This document shows positions 17,001 through 25,223 of a stretch of 61,951 nucleotides of DNA, one piece after another. Below the pieces are notes generated by a model, which saw only the letters and a program-made list of their open reading frames with translations, was not told the DNA's origin and ran no database searches. Source of the DNA: an uncultured Candidatus Saccharibacteria bacterium. Its GTDB lineage: Bacteria > Patescibacteriota > Minisyncoccia > UBA6257 > UBA9933. Within the stretch, counting starts at the first letter, position 1. Every line of letters begins with the position of its first letter. The position numbers were made by a program, and so were the translations under genes. The stretch lies in the NCBI GenBank assembly GCA_964453135.1, contig CAYVOL010000004.1:1-61951 (forward strand), written 5' to 3'.

Positions 17001-17894
17001 TCCGGGGGAGGAACAAGTACGATTTCTCTGCCTGACGCTACTCTTATCACCCGCGTTGACGGCGGAGCGATTAACCTGGGAACTCTTTCGGCGGCCAGTG
17101 TTTCCGGCGGCGCTTTATCGGGTTTGGGAAGCGGAAATGTTGTTGACGGCGCTCTGCAATGGGGCATTACCAATTTAGGACTGCAATTTAGTTCGCCTAT
17201 AACTTTGGGAATATTTGTAGGCGACAGTTTTAACGGACAAACATTAAGTGTTATGCGTTCTGTTTCCGGTAGCGGCGATTGGACCAGCGACGGCATTGTG
17301 ACTCCGGCCACCTGTGTGGTATCCGGCGGAGTTTGTTCTTTTTCCGCCACCAAAGCGTCATATTACGCGGCGTATCATTCGGCTCCATCGTCCAGTGGTG
17401 GCGGCGGAGGCGGCGGCAGCCCTGTTGTTTCCGCCGGCTCTGGCGGCGGCGGTGGTGGCGGAGGCGGGGGAATATATTATTTCGGTCCGAGTGTTAACAC
17501 TTCCGCTTCTTCAAGCGCGAATAGCGGACAATCAGTTGCGTCTGTTTCGTCCAATGTTTCGCCGGTTTCGCCGAGCCAAACCATTACTGCCAATGAAATA
17601 ACAGAGACTTCGTCGTCTTTGTCTGCTCAGGGTGAAAACGCGCAAGCCGAAGCGGCTCAAACATCAGCTGGCGGAACTTCTACCAATGCTATAATACCTT
17701 TGGCAGGAACAAGTAATTTTTCAACAACTTCCGCTATTGCCTCAAATATCGCGCCGGAGCCTTTATTGGCAACTATTTTCGCGAACGTGATAACCGCCGG
17801 AACAGGCAACAACATCATCGCTTTTATTCTCATGACTCTTGTCTTGGTCATTGCCGCTTACTTTTTTGAACAACGTTTCAGAAAGAATAAATAA
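14037..17894 (+). CDS. Large membrane-anchored surface protein with tandem beta-sandwich modules and SdrD-B-like domains (start ATG 14037 or TTG 13947)
   Basis: N-terminal TM, five K.V...CT..N modules, GFKFEDVNGNG..D.GEPGL motif, Gly/Ser linker, C-terminal TM plus basic tail. Confidence 0.8.
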   Translation: MTVKNIKNRIISSSSVGLTLALFLIVLLPFALYFVRPHSAFASPQTLFFDNFDSGDFTKWTYVDNQNHAGNWDITNADRNGTGSSHKKAVISGDTGFSDDVLREATSTAGYQNIALSYWYHIEKSLEIDDHVYVEWYDGANWNQIADYTSSTTGIWTQTSSTLPSSAANNSNFQIRFKASFGKSPSSDKDEFQLDDVSLTGERLPTLTLVKTVINDNGGTATTTDFQGKIDGANVPWGVAQTLTAGSHTASEVANVSGYAASSWGTDCAASGNITLNPGDNKTCTITNNDQPGILIVKKTVINDNGGTKNAADFSFQINNGTTTAFEAGGQNNIAVNAGAYSVSEPATAGYGASYDNCSNVVIGNGETKTCTITNDDIAPSLTLRKTVVNGDSGTATADQWTLTADAGNAGKLTGAGPAVASGPTFKAGTYILSESGPAHYSPSAWTCEGGVQNGSQITIGAGETATCSITNTFVPPGKIVVVKETVGDDGGFDFTGDLGDFSLTTNKGNASKDFSDLNPGTYSVSEKETPAGWQKTSAVCDNGNDPSHIAIESSSTVVCTFVNTKEGRIIVKKVVSPSDDQTSFSFAASYNQSGFNLSGGQQNDSGYLSPGSYNVSENSQEGWIATSTCDNGNNVSNINLSAGATTTCTFVNTKLGKITGFKFEDVNGNGVFDSGEPGLANVALALGKETGPADERGVIPVEIVALSLTGADGNFEINNVEPGNYKLFEEKKDGWSVILPAATSSSFTFTYSSNLNGQQKPLATDSFFDVFVAPGQTASSGKSGGCQGETCPLVPLQFGNWQDPKIIVAKWNDLNVNHQKDEGEQPVSGFAVGLGKETEESADAIKTEMVQLQLTGGDGLANLQAPGPGHYVIFEESKDNWQTTSPAPVSKTLSIFYPTSWTDIKPHFNVDSFFDVFVEIDGGSITHSGSNKNVNQPTTTTTTGFAPLQFGNVRYENILGGKFVPMSGDSSSSTIVMALGQTTINLASGGGTSTISLPDATLITRVDGGAINLGTLSAASVSGGALSGLGSGNVVDGALQWGITNLGLQFSSPITLGIFVGDSFNGQTLSVMRSVSGSGDWTSDGIVTPATCVVSGGVCSFSATKASYYAAYHSAPSSSGGGGGGGSPVVSAGSGGGGGGGGGGIYYFGPSVNTSASSSANSGQSVASVSSNVSPVSPSQTITANEITETSSSLSAQGENAQAEAAQTSAGGTSTNAIIPLAGTSNFSTTSAIASNIAPEPLLATIFANVITAGTGNNIIAFILMTLVLVIAAYFFEQRFRKNK

Positions 17895-18027
17895 ATTTTA
17901 GCCAGAAAATTTTTTCTTAAAGAAGGGAGTTTCCAGTTATTTTTTGGACACCCCCTTCTTTTTTGTTATAATAAATTACAAAATTTCATAACGTTGTTTA
18001 CGTTTTTCATCGTTGATGTTTTTTATT

Positions 18028-18157
18028 GTCATCCTGAGTCCGCCAGTTGGCGGACGAAGGATCTCATAGATTCTTCTCCGCCAGTTGGCGGAGCCGGTTG
18101 GCGGATCAAAATGACAGAGCGAGGATATGGTAGATTCTTCGCTTAGCTCAGAATGAC
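18028..18157. repeat. REP-like cluster
   Basis: GTCATCCTGAG-CCGCCAGTTGGCGG-CGAAGGATC head and two ATGAC-ending tails. Confidence 0.9.
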
Positions 18158-18248
18158 AAAGGGGAAGGATATCGGGAACGCGGATGGTCAATATTCCGGA
18201 ATGTAAAAATGTAAACAGCGCTCGGATTTCTTACAATTAAACAGTATT

Positions 18249-19892
18249 ATGAATCGCGAAGATGATTTGAAAAAAATAATACAAGGGGGAGTAAGCGGCG
18301 AGGCGTCTTTGCTTGACGAATACAGCCACGACGCCAGTTTATTTGAAGTGCGTCCGGAAGTCGCGGCATTTCCCAAGGACGCTCAAGACATCAAGGCGCT
18401 GGTTGAATACGCTTCCAATGCCGCCTCCAAAGGGGAGCGTGTTTTTTTGACCCCGCGTTCCGGCGGCACGGATATGTCCGGCGGCGCTTTGGGCGAATCA
18501 GTTATTGTTGATATGGCGCGCTCTTTTAATCATATTCGGGAAATCGGAGAAAATTACGCCATAGTTGAGCCCGGAGTTTTTTATCGGGATTTTGAAAAAG
18601 AAACATTGAAACATAATCTGCTTTTGCCCTGTTATCCCGCTTCCCGCGAGCTTTGCACTCTTGGCGGAATGCTTTCCAACAATTCCGGCGGAGAAAAAAC
18701 GCTCCGTTACGGGAAAATGGAAAATTATGTTGAGGAAATCACTATGACGCTCCGTGACGGAAATTCATACGTGTTTCGCCCTTTAAATCTCGCCGCGCTG
18801 GAAGAAAAAAAGAAACTGAAAAATCTTGAAGGAGAAATTTACCGGCAAATGTTTTCGCTGATTGACGAAAATTACGAGATTATCCAATCTGCGAAGCCGC
18901 GCGTTTCCAAAAATTCTTCGGGATATTTTTTGTGGAACGTTTTTGATAAAAAGTCCGGCATATTTGACCTGACAAAACTTATTGTCGGCTCGCAGGGGAC
19001 ATTGGGCATTATCACCGAAGCGAAGTTGAAATTAATCGTTCCTAAAAAGCACTCGCGCCTGCTCATTATTTTCCTGCGCGATATGCATTCTTTGGCGGGA
19101 ATTGTCAACCATGTTTTGTCTTTCCAGCCGGAAAGTTTTGAATCTTACGACGACCATACTTTCGCGGTGGCGATGAAAGTTCTGCCCGACATCATCCGCC
19201 AGTTAAAGGGAAATTTGATAGTTTCCGCGTTCAGATTTTTGCCGGAGCTGTGGATGGCGATAAGCGGGGGAATGCCCAAAATGGTGCTTTTGGCGGAGTT
19301 TACCGGCGACAGCGCCGAAGAAGCGGAAAACGCCGCCCGCCGCGCCCAAGAAAGTTTGAAAGAATTTCATCTCGCGACCAAAGTGACCAAAACCGAGGGC
19401 GAAGCGAAAAAATACTGGACTATCCGGCGCGAAAGTTTTAATCTTTTGCGCCATCGCGTCAAGAAAATGCATACCGCGCCGTTTATTGACGACATCGTGG
19501 TGCGCCCCGAACAGCTTCCGGAATTTTTGCCCAAACTTTACGCTATCTTAAATCAATACGACATCATCTACACCATTGCCGGCCATGCCGGAGATGCTAA
19601 TTTCCACATCATTCCTTTGATGGATTTTTCCCGTCCCGATGCGAGGAAAATTATTTCCGAGATTGCCGAAAAAGTTTATGAACTGGTGTTTGTTTTCGGC
19701 GGTTCAATGTCCGGCGAACACAACGACGGCCTTATCAGAAGCCCTTATCTTAAAATGATGTACGGCGAAGAAGTTTACCGCTTATTTGAAAAAACAAAAC
19801 AGATTTTTGATCCCGAGGGGGTTTTTAATCCCGGCAAAAAAGTCGGCGCCAGTCTGGATTACGCTTTCTCGCGCATCCGCCATTGGCAGTAA
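18249..19892 (+). CDS. FAD-binding oxidoreductase (FAD-linked oxidase, GlcD/D-lactate dehydrogenase-like)
   Basis: PRSGGT..SG, TLGG...NNSGG, GSQGTLGIITE, GHAGD.NFH, GGS.SGEHNDG, FDP.G.FNPGK. Confidence 0.88.
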   Translation: MNREDDLKKIIQGGVSGEASLLDEYSHDASLFEVRPEVAAFPKDAQDIKALVEYASNAASKGERVFLTPRSGGTDMSGGALGESVIVDMARSFNHIREIGENYAIVEPGVFYRDFEKETLKHNLLLPCYPASRELCTLGGMLSNNSGGEKTLRYGKMENYVEEITMTLRDGNSYVFRPLNLAALEEKKKLKNLEGEIYRQMFSLIDENYEIIQSAKPRVSKNSSGYFLWNVFDKKSGIFDLTKLIVGSQGTLGIITEAKLKLIVPKKHSRLLIIFLRDMHSLAGIVNHVLSFQPESFESYDDHTFAVAMKVLPDIIRQLKGNLIVSAFRFLPELWMAISGGMPKMVLLAEFTGDSAEEAENAARRAQESLKEFHLATKVTKTEGEAKKYWTIRRESFNLLRHRVKKMHTAPFIDDIVVRPEQLPEFLPKLYAILNQYDIIYTIAGHAGDANFHIIPLMDFSRPDARKIISEIAEKVYELVFVFGGSMSGEHNDGLIRSPYLKMMYGEEVYRLFEKTKQIFDPEGVFNPGKKVGASLDYAFSRIRHWQ

Positions 19893-20016
19893 AAGGGCGC
19901 GATTCGTTTTTCCCGTATGTTTCTGCCGCGGATTTTTTGAACAAACCCCGACAGATTGTGATTTTTTTTGCTATAATTATTTGTAAGAAACCCGAGCGTT
20001 GTTTACATTGCGGAAC

Positions 20017-20174
20017 GAGATCCTTCGCCCCGCCATGGCGGGGACTCAGGATGACAAGGATGACAAAAATACTCAGGATGACACGGATGACAAAATACTT
20101 AGGATGACACATTTTGTTGTCATTCTGAACGTAGTGAAGAATCCGTCATGTCATTCTGAGTGAGGCGAAGAATC
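20017..20174. repeat. REP-like array upstream of the GIY-YIG gene
   Basis: One tail unit, stuttered GGATGAC copies, then two head units ending 10 nt before the ATG. Confidence 0.9.
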
Positions 20175-20500
20175 CCTAAAAACTATGTCAAAATTATACT
20201 ATGTTTATATAGCAACTAACCCCAACAATAATGTATTATATGCTGGCATCACCAATAATTTAACGAGAAGAATGCAGGAACACAAAAATAAAATAATTGA
20301 AGGATTTACCAAAAAATATAATGTAAATAAATTAGTTTTCTACGAGATTTTTAATAGTGTAAATGAAGCAATTACTGCCGAGAAAAAGATAAAAGGATGG
20401 TTAAGAAAAAAGAAAATAGCGTTAGTTAAAAGTAAAAATCCGCAATTCAAAGATTTAAGCGAAGAATTATGATGAGATCCTTCGTTTTACTCAGGATGAC
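20150..20500. mobile_element. Candidate autonomous element: GIY-YIG gene enclosed by 25-nt imperfect inverted repeats of the REP family
   Basis: Left GTCATTCTGAGTGAGGCGAAGAATC (20150-20174) and right GATCCTTCGTTTTACTCAGGATGAC (20476-20500) match at 20/25 positions as inverted repeats. Mobility is inferred. Confidence 0.55.
20185..20472 (+). CDS. Small stand-alone GIY-YIG endonuclease
   Basis: YYVYI...LYAGITNNL.RR..EH, FTKKYNV.KLV.YE, EA...EK.IKGW.R.KK. The gene is markedly AT-rich. Confidence 0.9.
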   Translation: MSKLYYVYIATNPNNNVLYAGITNNLTRRMQEHKNKIIEGFTKKYNVNKLVFYEIFNSVNEAITAEKKIKGWLRKKKIALVKSKNPQFKDLSEEL

Positions 20501-20700
20501 CAGTGGTATAAAGAGATTTTTTCCGCATAGCAATTTTGATCATTTTGTCATTCTGAATCCCCGCTAAGCGGGGCGGAGAAGAATCTTGTGAGATCCTTCG
20601 CCCCCCGCCGTGGCGGGGAGGGGCTCAGGATGACAAGGATGACAAAAATACTCAGGATGACACGTTTTTATTGTCATTCTGAGCCGGAGGCGAAGAATCT
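20474..20700. repeat. REP-like array downstream of the GIY-YIG gene
   Basis: Tail, head-tail pair, stuttered GGATGAC copies and a final head unit. Confidence 0.9.
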
Positions 20701-20709
20701 TATAAACAT

Positions 20710-23700
20710 ATGTTTAGAAATTATAAATTGAAAATTTTTACAAAATTCCTCAAAAACCTCGTCGTTTTTCTTTTGGCCTTCCTTTTTTTATTCTCCGATT
20801 TCATTTCTTTTCTGCCGCAAGATTGGCAAAATAGCCAGCTCGTGGAAAATTTCCAAGTTCCCGAGGCGCGCGCGGCAGTTACTTGCGGGTTTGGCTCCGA
20901 TAACGGCGCGGGCAGATGTATCGGATTTATTACTCAAACCGCTTCCACTACCTGGGTTGTGCCAAACGATTGGAATAACGCCTCCAATACCATTGAGCTC
21001 ATTGCCGGCGGCGGCGCGGGCGGCATTGGTTCAGGCACAGGCAATTCCGGAAACGGCGGCGGCGGCGGAGCTTACGCGGCAATAATAAATTTTTCCACCA
21101 CTACCGGCGCGAGCGTCAAAATTCAGGTTGGTGGTGGCGGCCAATCCACCAGTGCGAGCGGCACTCCCAGTTTTTTTAATTGGAATAACACTGGTTCAAC
21201 TTCCACTTGCAGCGCTTCTACAATGTCGGTTTGCGCTATGCCGGGTTTGGGAGGATTAAACGGCACAAACGGCCAAGGCGCCTTGGGCGGCTCTTCTTCA
21301 ACTTCAGTGGGAACGACAAAATACAGCGGCGGCAAAGGCGGAAACCAAAACAACACATCTTCTTCGGGCGGCGGAGGAGGAGGAGCGGGCGGAAAAAATG
21401 ATAACGGAAAATATACCGCAGTAACTACAAGCACTACCGGCGGCCAGGGAGACGGCACTTTTGGCGGCGCGGGCGGAGGGCCCGGCAATCCGGGCATTAC
21501 CGGCGCCACTGGCACGGAATGGGCCGCGACTGTTGGATCGGGCGGCGGAGGCGGCGGCGCTAACGCTTCGGGCGGCACCGGCGGATTAGGCGGCCAATAC
21601 GGCGGCGGTGGCGGCGGCGGTGGAAGAAGCAGCGGCGTGGCCGGCAAAGGCAGACAAGGCGTTATTGTCATCACTTATACGCCCAACGCTGTTTTGTCCG
21701 TTTCCACTTACGGCACGCAAACCGCCACTCTTGATTCCGGCGCCGGCGGCCAATACATCGGCGCGGCATTCACTTTGGCTTTAACCTCCAATAATAACCA
21801 AAATTCCACCACCACCTCTATCAAAGTTTCCGAAACAGGCACAGTAAACGCGGATACGGGATTGACTAACGTTAAATTTTATTATAATACCACAAGCACC
21901 AAAGGCGCAGGAGGCGAAACGCAATTTGGCAGCGGCGGCGCGTCGTTTGCAAACTCCAGCACCACCATTACCGGCACGATGACGCTTGCCACCACGACCA
22001 AATACTTGTTTATTGTTTTTGATATTACTTCCTCAACTCCCGGCGGGCAAAGCATAGATTTGCAGATCACCAATCCGTCAACGGATTTAATTTTGCAAAA
22101 CGCCACCACTTCTCAATCAAGCGCCGTGGCTTTGTCGGGTATCACCACCACCACGCCCAATTTAGTAAGTTTTTCCAATAACACCGAGCCGGCCTTGACC
22201 GACGGCGGAAGGAACAGCCAGGTTATTACTCTCAACGGCGCCGGCTTCGGCACTACCACCAGTTCCGTTACCCTGAAAATCGGTTCGGATTTGCTGACCG
22301 TGAGCTCCACCAACAACACCGTTGCCACTGCCACTATCCCTTCCAATTTTCCCGATACCAACAACGGCGGCGCAAACAAGCTCTTGATTATCGTGGGCGG
22401 ACAAGCCGACAACACTGGCTCCACTTTTTATGTTTACCCGCAGATTACTTCCGTAACCGTGCCGGGAGGCTTTCCCGCCAACACCGCCCGCGAATATGAT
22501 GCCGGCGATTCCGACGGCGTTATTACGATCAACGGGCATAACTTCGGTTCAGCCAGCACCACTAATCCTTTAACGATTTTGGGCTATAACACTTCGGGCT
22601 ATAGTTCGTGGGCTGCTGCTGCCATTGCCAACGCGCAAGTTCCCGCGACAATTCCTAATAATTCTTACACCGGCAATATTGTTTTAACGCGCAGTGATAA
22701 TCGTTCATATTCCACTGCGGCCAACAGTTTCCGCATTCTGCCGAGAATAACTTCCAATACCCCGAATAGCGGAGTTCACGGAGATGTTATCCAAATTTCC
22801 GGCAACCATTTTTGCCAAGGAACGTCATGTCCGTCCGCAGGCACTTCTACAGTCACGGATAATGTTAAATTTGATATCGCCACTGCCACTCTAAGCGATT
22901 TTGTTGATAATACCTCCGCCAATTGCAGCGGCTCCGGTTCAACCCGCGCTTGGACTGACTCGCAGATCTGCGTCAAGGTGCCTACTTCCACTATCGTGGG
23001 CGTGGCATCTTCGTCTGTTTTATCCAGCAGTTATCTTTCTAATTATAAATATTTTTATTCCAGTTCTTCCGCACCTAACGCGCCGACCGATTTAAGCCAA
23101 TATTTTTCCGATAATGTGACGCAAATATCCTCTGGCGGCTACAGCAGTTCCACCACTATTTACTTCCATGCCACTACTACTGCGTCAAACGCCATCAATA
23201 TGGCTTTGCAGGTTGAGGTTAGAGCAAGTAGCACGGCTTTTACGGGAACCCCCAACGTCCCGAACGGTCCCACTTGCGCCAGCTGCACTTCCACATCCAC
23301 GCAAACTTCCAGCAGTACTTTGACGGCTAATGGCATCGTGAGCGGCCAGGGCTATCATTGGCAGGCGAGAACGATTAATACTTATACTGGCGAGACTTCC
23401 TCTTGGGTTTTGTTTGGCTCCGCGGGCTCCACTGATTTTATTGTTGACACTATCGCGCCGACTATCACCAACGCCACTTCTTCCTCCATTACCAGCAACT
23501 CCGCTCTTATCACTTGGAATACCAACGAGCCCGCGGACAGCCAAGTGGAATACAGCACTTCCGCCGGAATTACCGGAAACTGCGCCACCACCTGCACTAC
23601 CTTGGATACTGCCACCACTACTTCCCATAGCGCCAGCTTAAACGGCCTGACTTCGGCCACCACTTATTATTTTGTCGCCATTTCCAAAGATTTAGCCGTT

Positions 23701-24174
23701 AATTCAGCCACCAGTTCTCCGGTAAAATCTTTTGCCACATTGGCTCCCAGCGGTTTTCAAGCCACTGGCACAATGGTTTCTCCCACTTTTGACACCGGCA
23801 CCGCCAACGGCGCGGGATTTAATTTTATTCTCGCCTCCGGCACTACTCCGGGAAGTTCCAAATTCCGGGTTCAGTTCGCGGCGTCCAATTGTTCCAACGG
23901 CGCCACCAACGCTCCCACTTGCAGCAGCGGTTCCTGGGGCTCTACCGGCTCCGATTATTTAGGGCCAGACTGCACTAACGGCTCTTACTATTTTGATTCC
24001 GGCTTCGGCGCTCTTGGCGGATCTCCCGCCATAACCGAAATAAAATGCCAGTCAACCTACAACAACAAAAGATATTTCCGGTATAAAGCGCTTTTATGTT
24101 CGTCAAGCGATTGCTCCACCCAAACATCAAATACTCCGGAGATAGACAAAATTACGATAAACTGGAGCCCGTAA
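20710..24174 (+). CDS. Large secreted Gly/Thr/Ser-rich surface protein with probable IPT/TIG-like and FN3-like domains
   Basis: N-terminal hydrophobic segment, poly-Gly region, G..FG beta modules, FN3-like W.T.EPADSQVEY...L.GLT..TTYYF, and Cys-containing C-terminal domain ending INWSP. Confidence 0.75.
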   Translation: MFRNYKLKIFTKFLKNLVVFLLAFLFLFSDFISFLPQDWQNSQLVENFQVPEARAAVTCGFGSDNGAGRCIGFITQTASTTWVVPNDWNNASNTIELIAGGGAGGIGSGTGNSGNGGGGGAYAAIINFSTTTGASVKIQVGGGGQSTSASGTPSFFNWNNTGSTSTCSASTMSVCAMPGLGGLNGTNGQGALGGSSSTSVGTTKYSGGKGGNQNNTSSSGGGGGGAGGKNDNGKYTAVTTSTTGGQGDGTFGGAGGGPGNPGITGATGTEWAATVGSGGGGGGANASGGTGGLGGQYGGGGGGGGRSSGVAGKGRQGVIVITYTPNAVLSVSTYGTQTATLDSGAGGQYIGAAFTLALTSNNNQNSTTTSIKVSETGTVNADTGLTNVKFYYNTTSTKGAGGETQFGSGGASFANSSTTITGTMTLATTTKYLFIVFDITSSTPGGQSIDLQITNPSTDLILQNATTSQSSAVALSGITTTTPNLVSFSNNTEPALTDGGRNSQVITLNGAGFGTTTSSVTLKIGSDLLTVSSTNNTVATATIPSNFPDTNNGGANKLLIIVGGQADNTGSTFYVYPQITSVTVPGGFPANTAREYDAGDSDGVITINGHNFGSASTTNPLTILGYNTSGYSSWAAAAIANAQVPATIPNNSYTGNIVLTRSDNRSYSTAANSFRILPRITSNTPNSGVHGDVIQISGNHFCQGTSCPSAGTSTVTDNVKFDIATATLSDFVDNTSANCSGSGSTRAWTDSQICVKVPTSTIVGVASSSVLSSSYLSNYKYFYSSSSAPNAPTDLSQYFSDNVTQISSGGYSSSTTIYFHATTTASNAINMALQVEVRASSTAFTGTPNVPNGPTCASCTSTSTQTSSSTLTANGIVSGQGYHWQARTINTYTGETSSWVLFGSAGSTDFIVDTIAPTITNATSSSITSNSALITWNTNEPADSQVEYSTSAGITGNCATTCTTLDTATTTSHSASLNGLTSATTYYFVAISKDLAVNSATSSPVKSFATLAPSGFQATGTMVSPTFDTGTANGAGFNFILASGTTPGSSKFRVQFAASNCSNGATNAPTCSSGSWGSTGSDYLGPDCTNGSYYFDSGFGALGGSPAITEIKCQSTYNNKRYFRYKALLCSSSDCSTQTSNTPEIDKITINWSP

Positions 24175-24225
24175 CGATAAATTTTAAATCCCAAATCCCC
24201 CATGTCTTTTGATTCCCAATCCTCT

Positions 24226-24491
24226 GTCATTCTGAATCCCGCCCCTTTTGTCATTCTGAATCCGCCAGCAGGCGGAGAAGAATCTATTGTGTCATTTTGA
24301 ACCGCCAGCCGGCGGAGAAGAATCCCGTATTTATGTGGGTTTGATCATGTGAGATCCTTCGTCCGCCAACTGGCGGACTCAGGATGACACGTTTCGCTGT
24401 CATCAAGATGACACGTTTCGCTGTCATTCTGAGCCGAAGGCGAAGAATCTTACGAGATCCCTCGTCCGTCAACTGACGGACTCAGGATGAC
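24226..24491. repeat. Large REP-like cluster followed by decayed AGGATGAC tails to about 24552
   Basis: Multiple GTCATT heads and GATCC...ATGAC tails, with CCGCC-hairpin inserts. Confidence 0.9.
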
Positions 24492-24576
24492 ATATTTTAT
24501 TAGACCAGGATGACCAAAAAGGATTAGGATGACTATTTTCACTCGGGATGATAATTAGGATTTTACATATCAACTT

Positions 24577-25146
24577 ATGAAACGTTTCGACCAACAACTT
24601 GTCGCGGATTATTTTGAAGGAGACGAAAAGTCTTTGGAAATTCTTTTCGGCCGGCATCTTAAAGCGATCTATGGTTTTGTCTATCGTCGGTATGCCGGCA
24701 ATTCGCAGGATGCGGAAGACATCACTCAGGAATCTTTTGTGAAAGCCTGGCGTAATCTTAAAAAATTTGATCAAAGTAAAAGTTTCAAGGCCTGGATTTT
24801 TGCCATTGCCAAAAACACGGCCCTTGATTTTTTGAAAAAGAAAAAAGCAGTTTTGTTTTCCGAATTTGAAAATCAGGAAGGAAAGAATGTTCTTATGGAA
24901 ACTCTTGCCGCGCCATTTTCGTCGCTTCAGGAAATTTTAGAAAAATCCGCAACGGTTGAGATGTCCAATTCGGCGATGGATTTACTTTCGCCCAGTCATC
25001 GCCTGGTTTTGTCTCTTTATTACGGCCAACAATTTAATTTTCGCGAGATAGCCGAGCGGTTAGGCGAGCCGCTTAATACTGTGAAGTCGCGCCATCGCCG
25101 CGCGCTCGCGTCTCTTAAAAAATCCTTCTCCGAACCGCCGCTGTAA
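24577..25146 (+). CDS. ECF-type RNA polymerase sigma factor
   Basis: Region 2 (AEDITQE.F.KAW.NL..F, F..W.F.IA.N...D) and region 4 (L...HR.VL.LYY......EIA..LG.P.NTVKSR..RA). Confidence 0.92.
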   Translation: MKRFDQQLVADYFEGDEKSLEILFGRHLKAIYGFVYRRYAGNSQDAEDITQESFVKAWRNLKKFDQSKSFKAWIFAIAKNTALDFLKKKKAVLFSEFENQEGKNVLMETLAAPFSSLQEILEKSATVEMSNSAMDLLSPSHRLVLSLYYGQQFNFREIAERLGEPLNTVKSRHRRALASLKKSFSEPPL

Positions 25147-25171
25147 ATTTTTTCGGAATTGCGAAAGAAGC

Positions 25172-25199
25172 GCACCAAAATCCGTCTTTTTGCCGTAAT
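25172..25199 (+). promoter_or_regulatory. Putative ECF-sigma promoter, copy 1
   Basis: GCACCAAAA-N13-CGTA, repeated with identical spacing at 27013-27040. Confidence 0.55.
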
Positions 25200-25223
25200 A
25201 ATAAGAAACTGGTTAATAATACA

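Noticed and set aside
20045-20110. Reiterated GGATGAC units and REP clusters as a CRISPR array
   Set aside because: Units are irregular in length and orientation, there are no unique 30-40 nt spacers, and no cas genes are in the window.
21123-21674. Proline-rich minus-strand ORF and the many other antisense or overlapping ORFs in the track
   Set aside because: They are shadows of the sense genes; poly-Pro is the complement of GGC Gly codons.
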